Assembly: GCF_006345805.1 (NCBI RefSeq)
Contig: NC_042999.1
Coordinates: forward strand, 44,268,001 to 44,332,000
Direction of reading: 5' to 3'
Source of the DNA: Octopus sinensis
Taxonomy: Eukaryota
DNA length: 64,000 nucleotides
A model generated the notes under the pieces. That model ran no database searches and was not told where the DNA came from. It worked only from the letters and a program-made list of their open reading frames with translations. Both the position numbers and the translations under genes were made by a program. Positions within the stretch are counted from its first letter, which is position 1; each line of letters begins with the position of its first letter. This document shows, piece after piece, positions 37,001 to 52,000 of the stretch.

Positions 37001-40000
37001 GCAGAATTTGTGGTAGCAGCAAAAATATTTTTAACTATTTAGATTTATTCCAAAACATTGCATGGTGATGCAAAGATGTGTACCCTTTCTACACATTTTT
37101 GGTTTTTACCAGTATGAGAAAATCATTTTGTTGGAAATGGTGCAAACGATGGGTTATACATGAATGGGTAATATGGAATGGTTAAAATACTGAACTTACA
37201 ACAGGAAATGCTATATAGAAATGCAGATTTTGCAAATTATTCTTGGATATGTTGGGTTGTTGCCAGCAAGTTCATCAACTTAATGAGTTAAAGGTTAATA
37301 TTTTTAGTATTTTACAGCTTGTTCATTAAGTGAATACCCCCCCCCCCCAGCACGTACTATGCTGATGAATAAGTAGTACACGGTTTCTGCGATTGGAGTA
37401 GTATTTTACACTTTTCTCAAGTCTACAACTGCTGAAGTAATTTTTTTTTTTTAGTACAAAGAGAAAAATATTTGAAAAATATGAAAACAAAGAGAAAAAT
37501 ATGATTTTTCGTATGACCACAATAGTTGAATTTCCTTGTGCCACCTTAGCTTTGGAAAGTTATCAGTTACATGATGTGTGTCTCTACCAAAAACATATAA
37601 TTGAATTGTCTTTGCTTTCTATTAAGATGCAGAGGTTTCTAATAACATCAGATGTAGTCTGGAGTTCAGCATAGTAGCAGTGGCCAGTAAACAAGTACAG
37701 ATGAGTAGCATGGGTCCATAAATCTTCCTTTGGTCTTGTTCTGGCACTTGTTTTAACACCGTCATGGTCAAAGCTGCTGCTTCTCCATTGAGAAGAATAC
37801 TCTCTACACACAACCTAAAGAATTAGTTTTGGATAGATTATTCAAGAGAACTTCAGTATGTTGCTCCTGCTATTTAAAGTTGGAATCTATTTAGAAGAGA
37901 TAAAATTTCATCAGGAAACTTAAAATGGGTAAAAAAAAAAATCTAACTCAGTTTGATTTGTCTGCTTATCTCAAATGCAATACATTTGATCAAATATTGT
38001 CCTAAAAAATGATATAACTATTACTAGATGTAATTAAATTAATTTTTATATCAGATTTGAAAACTAGCCTTTTCTTTCTTTTTTCTTTTTTATTTAGTTC
38101 AAAGAACTTGTATCAAAGAAATTCAATGCTCCTGAAGAACAGCTCTGCCTCATTTTTGCTGGAAAAATCTTAAAGGATGCTGACACATTAAGCCAGCATG
38201 GAATACATGATGGCTTAACTGTTCATCTAGTTATCAAATCCGCTAATAGAGTAAGTAACTTTTATGTTATATTGCTATTAATGATTGCTTGTCTGCTATG
38301 CTATTCAAACAGATAATGAACCAAAACATTAGCTACATTTACTTATGATTGGTAACATGAATGATCCAACTTAAAGTTGTCTCAAATGTGTATTAATTTA
38401 AGCTTTATAAATGACAGAACATGCTTACTTCCTGAGCATGAAGAAGATTTTTAAGACATTTACTAATAAACACCCTATACACAAATGAGATAGCTTCTTC
38501 ATGGCTACTCATTCTGTTAGAAGTAACAGCAGCCTAATCCCCTCATTACATGTAACCTTAAAAGTTGTATATTAATCCTTTAGTATTCAAACTAGCCATA
38601 TCAGGCTTGTATATTCTACCTGTTTTATGTTCAAACAGGCCAGATTCAGCCTCTCACACATACACTACACAATGTCATTCTAATAGTAAACAATCACATA
38701 GAAATCTCAAAGGTAATAGGTAATGCATGATTAATTCAAAACCATTTGAATCAATAAGCATTACACTTGGCTGAATAGTCTGAATGCTAAAAGGTCAAAC
38801 AATTTAGTCCTAGTAGGACAAAGTGGTAAGAAAGGATCTACAAATGTTGAGACTCAAAGAAGGGATGACAGAGGACTGAGACTCCTAACAGTTTGCTGTG
38901 CTTGAAAAGGCATGTTAAGCTAAGTAAAAGTGTAGTTGCATACAGGCTCATCTCCTGCAACCCTCTCCAGCTGAGCATCCCTAGTTTTGTTGGCTCTTAA
39001 GTGCTGGTGCCATGTAAAAAGCACCCAGTACACTTTGTAAAGTGGTTGGTGTTAGGAAAAGCATCCAGCCATAGAAACCATGCCAAAACAGACGGAGTTT
39101 GAACAGCCCTTCAACTGGCCAGCTGTCAAACCATCCATGGAAAACGTTAAATGATGATGGAAAAAATTTTTTTAATTCAAGATAGTGGGCTAGAACTAAA
39201 CAAGAAATAAACTGAAATAAAAGAAAATGAGCAGGTTTTTTTAAGTAAAATATGAATACATTCAACATACATGGAACTAAATTAGTAATAGCAAACGAGA
39301 AATTGATTTCATCCCATAAATATGTGGAAAAATTATACTTTGGTGAAAAGTGATGTTTTTCTTTTTTATATATTTTTTATTGGTTTGGTCTGGAGGAAAA
39401 GTCTGTGCCCATGGTCTTTATAGACCATCTGAAATAGGTGAAATTGACATGATGTTCTTGAACAGTTGCAAATCAATGACTGCAAGGGAAAATGTGTAGG
39501 ATAGGAGTTTCAAAGGTACTCTAGGGATGTGGGGCTCAGAAGTGGTGAATTCAAGATGAGTGGCATGAGGTGAGTCTAGAGTGCCTATGTGGGTGTAGCA
39601 AGAGACCAACTATGATGCAAATCAGTCTCGGCAAATGTCTAGACTTTCACCACATGAATACTGTTTAGAAAACTGCCATAAAAAAAAGAAACCCTTTCCT
39701 TTCTTTTCTCCACTTTAAACCATAACAAAGAACCAAAGCAGTCAGCTGCTGTGTAAGGAGTGACTTAGTTTGCAGGTGTGCAGTGTATAGGGACATCATC
39801 TGCAGGTCACATAATGGTTTTGCATGAATAGCATGTACTTAGTAGGTGTTGATTTTCTCCAAGCATTTTTGACCAAACTTCTTAGAAAGAACTATAATCA
39901 GTTGCTGTGTTTCTTGTTTTGAAGGACTTTTGCAGGTTTTTTTTTTATTATCTTACCAGTTGTGTATTTTCACCACAAGGAACTCTGTAGAGAAAGCTTA

Positions 40001-43000
40001 TTTAACAAACTTATTTCTATCTTCTCTAATTTGTGTGTGGTTTCCTAAAAGCTCAGTAATATTTATAGTGTGGCCGTGATCATTCCATTTGTTTTTGTGA
40101 CTCTTCTTTTTCAGTTTCACAACTGCTGGCCTCATAAATATTAATATCGCTATTATCTCTAGATAAAATAACTCCTGGGTACTTTGTGATCAACTGTACA
40201 GTAGCATAGCTACAGTCCAAAGTGTAAACTGATAAAATTAGTAAATTTCCATGCCATCTAAAAATGTAAATCAGTAAAATAGGATTTTATAAAGGTGGGG
40301 TACAATCATGAGAGATTTTCTGGTTGGTTGTCAGGCAAGCTGTTTTCTTGTTCATGCTATTTTGTTATGAGAGTGCAATAGCATTTTAGCTGACATATCT
40401 CATAAGGGCTTAAGGAGTTAATGACTTGTTTTATAGTATTGTAAACAATGTAATGTAACTTCCTTTCAGACCTGTACTATTATTTCAAGATGATTGGTTA
40501 TTGTCATCATTATCAAGGTTTTTTGTGTTTGCCTTTCCCTGCTAGCATAGCTAGGATAGCAGTTCTGAGATAATGTTTTACAGCCAAATATACTTCCTGA
40601 TGCCAAGTTTTATTTATTTTTTTTTTGTCACTTCTTACAATTTGCAGAAATAAATTGTACTTAATTTTGTAACTAAGATACACAGGCTTTAATTTAAATC
40701 TATAAGTAGTCTAAATTTAAAGATTACAAACTGATTTGTCATCTCACTTTAACAGTATTATTAAGTAGCCGATAGTTTAGTTTGAGTTGATCTTCACTTA
40801 GACAGTATCAGTGGGATCTGAAAAGTGTCAGGTTGAGTTGGCTGACTAACCAGAGGTTTGATTAGTATATACAGTTTATCCAACAGTTAACCACTACATG
40901 CTACCTTTTAAAATACTTTGTGAATCAGGAGAACAAAATAGTTAGTCAAAGAAAAAGATATTAAACAAAAGGCAAGTGAAATTTAATAGACAGGTAAAAT
41001 AAAGGATTCAGGTATAGTAAATTTTGTTGGGTTACTTAAAGTTCATTGCTATTGGTTCTAAGATACAAAGTTGGCATTTTTAACTAAGTAGAGTTAAGTA
41101 CCAGGAAGTGGAGACTGTCAGAATTGCTGTTTCATTTTGAAAGCTGACCAAAACAGCAGGAACTGGTGTTGGCACAATATCTTCTTCAGGAACTAGCGAT
41201 AAGGTTCTTCATATCTGGGTTAGCAGAAGTTGATGGCACTAAATTTTTAGATGCTGACCCTGCTGGTGCATGATTTTTAGTTACCTTTAAAATTCTGTCT
41301 TTCAAGCTAAGATGTTTTATATATTTTGAATTTTCTTTGATTAGTTTATCCTTCAACATCTAAACATTCTTTTTTCTTGTTCATCTATTAAACTGCACTG
41401 CCCTAGCATCTTTACTTATCAGCTAAATTAACTTAGGAATTCTTTCTGTTACACTTTTCTTATTTTCATCACTGTTTTCATCTTAACCATCTTCTTTCTC
41501 ATAATTTTTATGACCTTACACATCTGCACGTTTTCTGAGTTAGTATAATAAGCAGCTTCTGCATTAAATCTATTTTGCAACATAGTGTCCTCCATCTTTG
41601 ATGCAAGATCCTTAGCAGATGGATACAAGGCAATCTCATCAACATTGTAGACTGGATCCAGATTTAATTTTTCATCAGAAACTAACTTTGCAAACTTGTC
41701 AACAAATGCAACAGCTTCTTTGGATAGTGAATGTTTTTTGCCTAACACCACACAGTACTTTAGGGCATGTCATTGTTTGAAACAGTTACGCTAATCTTCA
41801 TTACATTAACACTTGTAATCTAGTCTTTGGTCTTCATGAAAAACTATAGCTTGTTCTTTCAATAAATTCCTACACTACTTAACATCTTCACCTGTGCAGA
41901 GCTTAAACCACATTATCAGTACTTCATCCAGTTCTTAACTTTTCCTATCTTTCGTTGTTTTCCATATATGTCTTTTTTCTTTCTCTTTGCCATACACCGA
42001 AGAATTAATGCATAATTTACACTAGGTTCTCACAGAACCACCATTGAGTTTTTGAGGAGTTCAAATATATATGTCATGGATAATGTACAGTGTTTGTGTT
42101 TTATATCATAAAAAGCATTTTATGCATTGGAACCATGGCTGGAGTTAAATGTGAGCAGGTTATAATATGTGCAAAATAATAAGAATGGCTTGTCAGTATT
42201 TACAAGTTTGCACCAAAAACATATTACAACCAACACTACCAAAATAGTAGTGGCAGATTGGTGTGCTGGGTTGGAAAATTAAGTTCAGATTAATGATGGA
42301 ACTGGATTATCAGTGGTTGGATTAGTGAGAGCTGACTGTATCTGGAAAAGGAGGAAGGAGTCCTGCCTTTTACCAGACAATGACAAGTTTCTCTAAACAC
42401 TGTTCAAATAGCAGTGAAATATTGATATTAAGTGCTGAAAATGTTCTTGAACAGAAAGAAACCAAAATACTATTGTATAATTACTTAAATTAAATGGATG
42501 AAATATTTGCTGTAATTTCAGATGAAAATGAATCTAATTGGTAAATACTAAATTAAATCAAAAATATTTCAGATGTGTATTAACATTTAGCTGAAAAAGA
42601 CAATGGAGATTGCTGGAACAGTAACATACCAAACTGAATGCCTTGTATTATCTAATTCAATTCCTAATTATTCTGAATTCAGAATTAGCAAGTCTGTTTT
42701 CTAGATTTATACATCCTGCCTCTTTAATAAATAGTTTTGTAATCATTCAAAAGAGACAGATACATCTTTTTAAAAAATGGTGTTTGCTAATTGTTGTTAA
42801 TTTCTACTGTTGGTAGTTTTTTTAGGTTTTGATTGCCAAATAAAAGCATTTTTACAATGTAAAATCTCTCCTTATCTAAATCCTTCATTTCTCATTTTTT
42901 TTATGCGAGAGTCATATTTGAATTGTTAGTTAACTGACAAAACTACTCTGTGTATCATACTAAGTCTTGTACTGTGTGGTATATTGGATAAAAGGTTTGA

Positions 43001-46000
43001 GTTTAATTATACACATACATGCACTTGAGTACAAGCACATATACATGGCATCGATGATATTTAGTAGAAATATCATCTACTAAAATGCTTTTTTTTAAAT
43101 GTATTCTACTAAATATAAACACAGTAGAGATGAGCTTGAAGAAGTATCAGCATTGCACACAGTTTTAGAAAAAATTTTGAAATGACACTACTCTACGAGA
43201 TTTCAGCACACAGTGTGAATCATGTGTTGGAATACAATTGCTTATAAGTTGGTAATTCATTGAAACTAGACTTGGGTGTTAAACTTTAATGTCGCTTTCA
43301 TAAATCTGTTTTGGATTAGAAAAAAATTATATTTAAAAAAAATTTTTGTAAGAGCTTTCAAATTCTGCCCCAAGCTGATTTGTGTAAACATACATGCCTA
43401 TTCTACGTTGTGTTTATGAGTGAAATGCTTATAAAATGTTCAGTTCTTTTGTGTAATCAAAAACTAAATAGTATATGAATATATCAAATGAAACTATTTG
43501 ACTTCCGCTTCACTGATTACTAAATTTAAGACATTATCTGCTCAAATTCTTCAAAATATATTGTGAAAGGATGGCTTGAGGCAGGTTTTCATATACCAAG
43601 AATGTATGTCAGAAAACTAGCAAGAGGAAAAGTTATGCAAACTTGTCAAACAGTTTAGAAAAATGTTAAATTATGTTTAATGATATATGATTAAAGTGGA
43701 TGTTAAAATGATGATAATTTCTATTTTGTCTTTTAATTTTATTACATTTTTGTTTTTAAATTTTAGGCTGCTGCTGGTAACACTGGAGGAACCAATGGCA
43801 ATAACACTTGTCCAGCAGGAGCAGGAGGTACCAGTACAAGGCCAAGCAACAATACAAGCAGTGCTAGTGCTAATATCGGAGCCACTCCTTTTGGATTAGG
43901 AGGCTTAGGAGGTTTGGCTGGTCTTGGCAATTTAGGAATGGGGTCTGCAAATTTTATGGAAATGCAACAGAGAATGCAAAGAGAGGTGTGTATCTGTTAA
44001 TGTCTTTCATTTAAAAAAAAAAAAGACTTTATAAACAACAAATTTTTGTGTATAATGATTTATCATCTAAATGATTATTATTAATTATCTGTGATGCATG
44101 CTAATAAACTTATAATAGATTTGTAATGTGGGATTGAAAGTTACATGAAGGACACCTTGTTGATCCTAGTTGAGCATCAAACGCTTTGGATATGTTACTT
44201 AATTGTAAATGCTTTCTGAAAAGAATATGAACTGATTTTTGAGAGTAAATGATGATGGTTGTGTGGTGATGAGTAGAAATGAATGCATGAAAGTAGTGAG
44301 TAGTTGAGGTGATAACTTGTCATTGAGAAACAACCTTTTTATATGATTGAAGAAAAGGTTTTAGGAAGACAATGGGATTTAGGAATTCATCATCATCATC
44401 TTCGTTTAGAGTCCGCTTTCCATGCTAGCATGGGTTGGACGGTTCAACTGGGGTCTGGGAAGCCAGAAGGCTGCACCAGGCCCAGTCTGATCTGGCAATG
44501 TTTCTACGGCTGGATGCCCTTCCTAACGCCAACCACTCCGTGAGTGTAGTGGGTGCTTTTTACGTGCCACCGGCACAGGTGCCAGACGAGGCTGGCAAAT
44601 GGCCACAATCGGATGGTGCTATTTACGTGCCACCAGAAAAGGATAAATTGTAAAATTAAGCAGAAATTTGAATAATAGTCTTGGTTAACAAAGGAAGAAA
44701 TAGACTTTCCATAAGTCTTTCCAGATACACTGAAGATTGTGTATTATAGAGATTGGGTTGCCCATGTTCAGTCCACTACAGGGCAAAGGCCTCAGCATGT
44801 TCTCTCCACCACAGAATGACTTGAGATCTTACTGCTTCGTGAGATAATGTGTTGGAATAAATTATATAGCATTGTTATGCTAGCAATGATGTAAAGTCAC
44901 TGCTTTTCATTAAAACCGAAAAGAAAGACAAACTTTTATAAGTGATTATTTAAGTGGAGCATGAGTGGAATAGAGAGAGCCTGCCTCTAGTTGATCATTG
45001 GAAAGCTACAAGGCATTCCATCAGAGACATTAAGTTTCTCTAAAGAAAGTAAATATTGGTTTGTTCGCTGGGTTTACCAACTAATATAATTCGATAGGTA
45101 TCACCACCACTAGTAATTTTCTCTTAATGCTGTCTGTGCTTATTTTGTTTTTCGTTTTTATAATAAATTATTTAGTAGGTTGTTCATAAAATGAAATGTA
45201 AGTTTTGTTTTAGATTTTAACTGATTGCTGTATGTTTATGGTATCTTTTTCCTTTCTGCTGCATATATTTACAGTTAATGCAGAATCCCGAGATGTTTCG
45301 TTCCATGATGGAAAACCCATTTGTTCAACAGATGATGTCTAACCCTGACATTATGCGGCGCTTAATCACCAGTAATCCTCAAATGAGAGAGCTTATGGAA
45401 GTAAGTATTTTTTCTTAATTATACAGTTGTTCTGAATACATTCTAAAACATTTGTAGTGGGTGCTTTTTACGTGCCACCGACATGAAGGCCAGTCAGCTG
45501 GCACTGGCATTGAGCAATCTCAAATGGTGCTTTTTCACATGTCACTGGCATGGGAACCAGTCAGGTGGCACTGGCAACGATCATGCTTGAATGGTGCATT
45601 TTACGTGCCATCCACACTGGACCAGTCAGGCAGCACTGGCCTCAACCACGCTTGAGTGGTGTTTTTTACATACCACCGGCACAGGTGCCAATCAGGCAGT
45701 ACTGTCATTGGCCACAACATCTTCACTCGCCTCAAAAGGTCTTTGCAAGCGCAGTTTATTGCCCAATGATTGAAAGGTACTCTTAAATGGGCTGGTTATG
45801 TTGCACTGGCATAGGTCACTGTTATGGTTTCATTTGGCTTGCCAGGTCTTCTCAAGCACAGCATATCTCCAAAGGTCTCAGTTACTTGTCATTGCATCGG
45901 TGAGGCCCAACATTCAAAGGTCGTGCTTCACCACCTCATCCCAGGTCTTCCTGGGTATACCTTTTCCACAAGTTCCCTCTACTGCTATGGTGTGACACTT

Positions 46001-49000
46001 TTTCACACAGCTATCCTCATCCATACACAACACATGACCATACCAGTGCAATCGTCTCTCTTGTACACCACATCTGATGTTTCTTATGTCCAACTTTTCT
46101 CTCAGGGCACTTACAGTCTGTTGTGTATGCATTCTGGCATTATACATCCAGTTGGAGCATACAAGCTTCATTCCTTGCAATCCTACACATGTCCTCAGCA
46201 GTCACGGCCCATGTTTCACTGCTATGTAGCATGGCTGTTTGCACACATGCATCATACAGTCTACCTTTTACTCTGAGCGAGAGGCCTTTTGTCACCGGCA
46301 GAGGTAGGAGCTCTCTGAATTTGGTCCAGGCTATTCTTATTCTAGCAGCTACATTCTCAGAGCAACCACCCCTGCTACTGACTTGGGTCACCTAGGTAAC
46401 GGAAGCCATCAACTACTTCTAGTTTTTTCCTCTGGAATGTGATGGAATCTGTTTTTTGCACATTTTCAGTGTTAATTGCCCCTGAGCATTTACCACACAA
46501 AAACTATCTTCACAGTTAGTGTTCCTTTGATATTGCTGCACCTTTTGTATCCATAGCTTACACCGGGTACATCTTATAGAGTTTCTACCTATGCCTTTTT
46601 CTACAGATCGAGCAGGCCCATCTACCTGAAGGGATTTGTGGTTTGTCTGCCTTCCTACTTATTAAAGACTTTGGTTTTTGCTAGATTGACTCTAAAGCCC
46701 TTTGATCCTAGACCTTGCTTCCACACCTGAAACTTCTCCTCTAGTTCTTTTAGTGACTCATCTATTAGAGCAAGGTCATCAGTATAGAGAAGCTCCCAGG
46801 GGGGCATCCTGTCTTGACTTCCTCTGTTATTGCCTGGAGAACTATGATGAATAAGAGGGGCCAGATGACTGATTCTTGGTGAACCCCTACTCCTACCCGG
46901 AGTTCTTCACTACTTGTTGCCAACCTTCACCTTACTGGCAGCATCCCTGTACATGACTTGTACAGCTCTCACTAACCACTCATCTATCCCTAGTTTCTGC
47001 ATTGATCATCAGATAAGGGATTGGGGGATCCTGTCAAAGGCTTTCTCCATGTCAATGAAAGCCAGGTACAGATGTTTATCTTTGGCTAGGTATTTCTCCT
47101 GCAACTGTCTTACCAGAAATATAGCATCAGTGGTGCTTTTCCCTGGGACAAACCCAAACTGCATCTCGTTTGGACTGACTCTCTTCCTAATTAGTTGGGC
47201 TATGACCCTCTCCGTGACTTTCATTACCTGATCCAACAACTTGATACCTCTGTAATTATTTGTATCTAATGCATCACCTTTACCTTTGTATTAGTTGACA
47301 CTATGGTGCTGCTACACCAGTCATTGGGTATGACACCTTCATGTGTCACCTGATTGACTATTCGTGTGACTAGACTATAGCCGACACCGCCAGATATTTT
47401 GAGCATCTCTGCAGTGATTCCTGATGGGCTGGGGGCTTTCCCTATCTTCATACTGTTTTCTGCACATTTTCAGTGTTAATTGCTCCTGAGCATTTGCCAC
47501 TCAAAAACTACCTTCACAGTTAGTATTCCTTTTGGGATATAGGGTAACATAATTGAAATGATCGGGTTGATAATGAGATAGAATTGGGCACTATGAAGCA
47601 GCAAAAACTCAGCCTATATATATATATCCATAGAGGATTTATGATAGTGAATTTTTTTTGTAGTGTCAGTGCGGAATTCAAGAAGAGAGATAAATCCATA
47701 TATTTTTTCCTTGGTTTTTATCTGAGGATGTCAGTCTATTATAGCTTGTATTCTCCAGTTATGTAGTACATATTCTTCTCTGCTAGGTGAACTAAGGCAC
47801 ATTAAATAAAATATTTACTCGAAACATAAAATGCTTACAGCAGATTTGAACTTATTAAATGTTGGTAGATCAGTGCCATACGCATATAACTATTTTTGCC
47901 CTACTTACTCATTTACAAAATATATTGAATGCATTTTTTGTCGTACTAGTGTTAGAAGTTGTCAGATTCTGAATGCACATCGATTATCCACTTTGCAGAG
48001 TGTACTGGATGCATATTGTTGTGTCACCAGTACTAAAAATGTTGTCATGTCTTCAACCCAGTTATATCTCTACTTGTCGATCAACCACTTCACAAGATGT
48101 ATTGGATTTACTTTATCATAGTACTAGCACTCGGTCTCTTCATTCAGGGTGCCATGAGCAATAGAGGAAATAGAGAGTGTGATTACAGAAGAACTGTAGG
48201 GAGATAAAAAAAAAAGGATTTAATGTGTTAGATAGTAGCAGCATTGGGTAAATGGCAGTTACATGGTCACAGATGGAGGAGAAAGCAAGTGATGGATAAT
48301 CAGTGTTAAGGAAGTGAGGTAGATGTTAGTAAAGAATGATCTGGGGGAGAGGGGGTGGCACTAATTAATACATTATAATAGGAAGATTGAGATGTTTTTC
48401 GCCAGAGAAAATTTTACTCAGTCAAATTTTAGTTTTCTCTAGTGAAAAATTGAACCCTATTTGATGTACAACAGTGTTATCTTACTGTTAATATAATTTT
48501 TTTAAAGTAAAAAAAAGAAATATTAAGATCTGGGACATACAATTAACAACTTATTAATCTTATAACTTTAGGTTTTGTGTTTTATGGAAGACAAATAAAC
48601 ATTTGCTATTTTTATGGTTTTTTTTCCAGAGAAATCCTGAAATAACACATATGTTGAATAACCCTGAATTGATGAGACAGGTATGTGCTTCCAGATTCTT
48701 GTATTTGATATTGTGAAAAATGTTTTCATTGTTTCCATTTCCAAGCATCTTCACTATTTTACATTTGTTTCTTTCTATTCCTGCATGGATTGTGCACATA
48801 TTTTGTAGCACAATCTCCTTCAGGAACTACAACTTCTTGAGATCAGCTTCAGCACCTTTTCTGTGTCTTGGTCTTCTTTTTCTGCAGATTCCTTCTATTT
48901 GGACACTAGGCACTTCTCTTTCAAACCATTATCCTCTATATATACCACATGTCCATACCGGTGTCGTCTTCTCTCTTGCACACATCAAATTTCTCTTATA

Positions 49001-52000
49001 CACCTAGTTTTCTCTCAACTCATTTGTGCTGTCATTCCTGCACATTATGCATCCACTGGAGCATGCTTGCTTCATTTCTTTCCAAACTTTGTAGACAATC
49101 ATTTTGTTGCCAGATGTAAATGCTCTTTGAATTTTTTTAATCCTCTTCTTTGCTTTTAGAAACCCACCTTTGTTGCAAATTAGATCATCTAAAATAATAG
49201 AAGCTATTGACTCCTATCAAACTGTCAAAACATTTGAAAGAATTTTTTATGGATGTTCTTAATGCTAACTACTGTGCATCTGTTACATAATGAAGACTTC
49301 CTTCTCTATCAACCTGCATGGAGTTTCTACCCATTTCATTTTCATATATTGAAAATGGTCACATTCTCAATGTCTAGCATTTTGCTTTCTTTTCTACTAA
49401 ATAAAACTTTAGTGCTGGCTAGCCTCTTAATTGTAGGTTTTGCTTTCATATATGGAATTCCTTGAATCTTCAAGAGATCCAACTATGAGAACTAAGTCAT
49501 CAGCATACAGGTATTCCTACAGACAGTTGTTCTTAAAACTCCCCCTCTACTTATGACCTGGAGAACTATAACAAACAGAAGTACTGGACTTAGCCCTGAT
49601 AGACACCTACCTGTGCACTATATTGCATAACATTTCCATGTCTGTAATGAAGTTTGCCTCTCAGACCATACACACTTTACCCCAACCACATCTTGATTCA
49701 TAAAAACATGTTACCTTGCAGTCCAAAACATCTTGTACCTCTGATCCTTTCATCACAGAACTTTGGCAAAGCTGTAACTCTATACTCCTGTTTTTGTTAT
49801 GTATACCTGGCACCTTGATTTTGTACTTTGCTCCTGAACTTTCTTCCTGTTATTCTGGATTTGTCTCTTACTTTTGATGGCTCTTTCTACTGTATCATTC
49901 CACCACTGTCGCCTGTTTGGCTGGAGTCTTGCTCCATCCATGAACCTGGTCTGTAGATCACAGAAGGTTGTCTTGTTGACACCCCCAATATCTTCTGTTA
50001 TATGTGGTTAGCTCTGTCTCCTTCTGTAGTACTTCTTTGTACCTACATTCGTTGGAGGGTTTCTGATGCAAATGGTCAGGTCATTTGCATCACAAAACTT
50101 CAAAAGCATTGGTTCCTTTTTCATTCCTGTTACAATATCCATAGCCTTCCATGTACATTAGTTATAATATCCATCATGGTGTTACCTGACATGGCCATGA
50201 AAGTGAACAGCTATGATAATAAAGCTTCTATCATTTGTTGTCAAAGTCTGCAAGAGAATCTCATTAAAACAGTTCTTTTGCTCATTTGTCTTGATTGTAG
50301 TGCTTATCTAGAAATCATTGTTGCTGCTATGTAGCTTATGACTTGTCCAAACTCAATTGTTCTGTCACTTACTCTGACAACAATATGCCTATTCTTCCCA
50401 ACTCAGTATTGTTACCCACCTAGAGGAAGTTAAGAGAGTTGATGCTATCATTTGATGGTAGCTGAAGAATCTCCACTCATGGTCAAATGTCCCTACCAAA
50501 CCATTCCATTTCTGTGTGCATCACTAACATAAGTGTTTGTCCTGTACATGTAATTAAGGTTTTTCATTGTATTTATGATTGTCATTATTTTGGAATGGCT
50601 TATTTGAACAGTAAGAAGAAAATCATTTATGACATTACATGGTTGGCTTTTTTCTATTTCGTAACAACAAAATTCCTGTTCAGCTTCATTTGTTTTTCAG
50701 TTATTTTTACTGTGATGAATGTTTTTATCTTCAGACATTAGAACTTGCAAGGAACCCAGCCATGTTGCAAGAGCTTATGAGAACTCAAGATCGAGCTATG
50801 AGTAATTTGGAAGTAAGTAGTTTATTCAGGACTCTCCCCACCTCAATTTTGTATGCACCAATAAGTAGCTCTGGATAACTGATTTTAGGGTGAGATTTGA
50901 AATTTTCAAATGAGTCATCAATAGTCATTTGAAGAAAGAAAAACCCCCAAAATATAAAATACATAGCAAACAACAAATTTACTGCCAATTTTTAAAAAAT
51001 GATAAAACTATTTTACATACTGATAAAATAGTCACACCTCATAATACTATTGATTATTAAGATTATCAGTTGACAGCAAATTAGCTACATTATATAATGG
51101 GGAAGGGCAATGAAGATTGTGATGTTAAAGCCTTTTCCAAGAGGTTTGGTGATACAAGTATGACTAAATTTAATTAGGATTTTTTTTTCCATAATTTTCT
51201 TTTTATAATTGTTTTTTATAAGTACCAAGAAATAGCTATGGATAATTGATTTTGAGAGGAATTGTAATTAAAACCAAATATGGAGAGTTGGCACATTGTC
51301 AGATGTTTTATTTTATACTGCTCACTATAGAGGGGAAAATCTACATAGTCACTCAATCTACTAGATACAGCAGCCTAGTTTCCTTCAAAAGTAATACTCT
51401 TTAATTTAAAAACAAAATTGGTCATGTTTTGTGTAATATAGTTTGAGATATACATTGCCTTAAAAGGAAAATAGACCAGCTAGTCACAGCTTGAGTGATT
51501 TTGACTGCAATGGTGTTGGAACAGGCTTGATGTGTGGTTGAACACTTATTTTTCAGATTTAGGCTAAAGATGACAGTCTGACAAATGAAATAAATCACAT
51601 TAAAACTAGGTGCAGGCATAACTGTCATTAAGAAGTCTGCTTTGCCGCTAAATGGTTTCAGGTTCAATCTTACTATACAATACCTTGGGCAAGTATCTTC
51701 TGCTGTAGTCCTGGCTTGATCAATGTTTTGTGAGTGGAATTGATAGATGAAAGTTGTATGGAAGCTCATTGCATGTGCTTGTGTGCATACAAATGTTGAC
51801 GTTCCCATACTGAACTTTTCACTGTATGTAAAGGTGATATGTTTACATTCCTTCTGACATTACACCCATTTACTCCACTTTCTAAGAGATTGGAATAAAA
51901 AAAAGAATCCCTTACTTGAAAACAGGTATGGGTTAGCAATAGGAAGGGCGTTTAGATGTAAAATGCTGTGTAACATATGTCCCCTTCCTCCAAACCAGGC

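Noticed and set aside
37363-37435. Intronic C/D box snoRNA (TGATGA ... CTGA, 73 nt apart)
   Set aside because: The C box lacks the purine, terminal stem spacing is atypical, and no C'/D' boxes or guide target were recognised
37584-37813. hAT transposase fragment
   Set aside because: Loose resemblance to the DGA..M / HC..H region only; too degenerate to call
45452-45720. Repeat-spacer pattern (GGTGCTTTTTACGTGCCACC units) resembling a CRISPR array
   Set aside because: Degenerate tandem repeats of the RTE 3' UTR in a eukaryotic intron; spacers are related to each other and no cas genes are present
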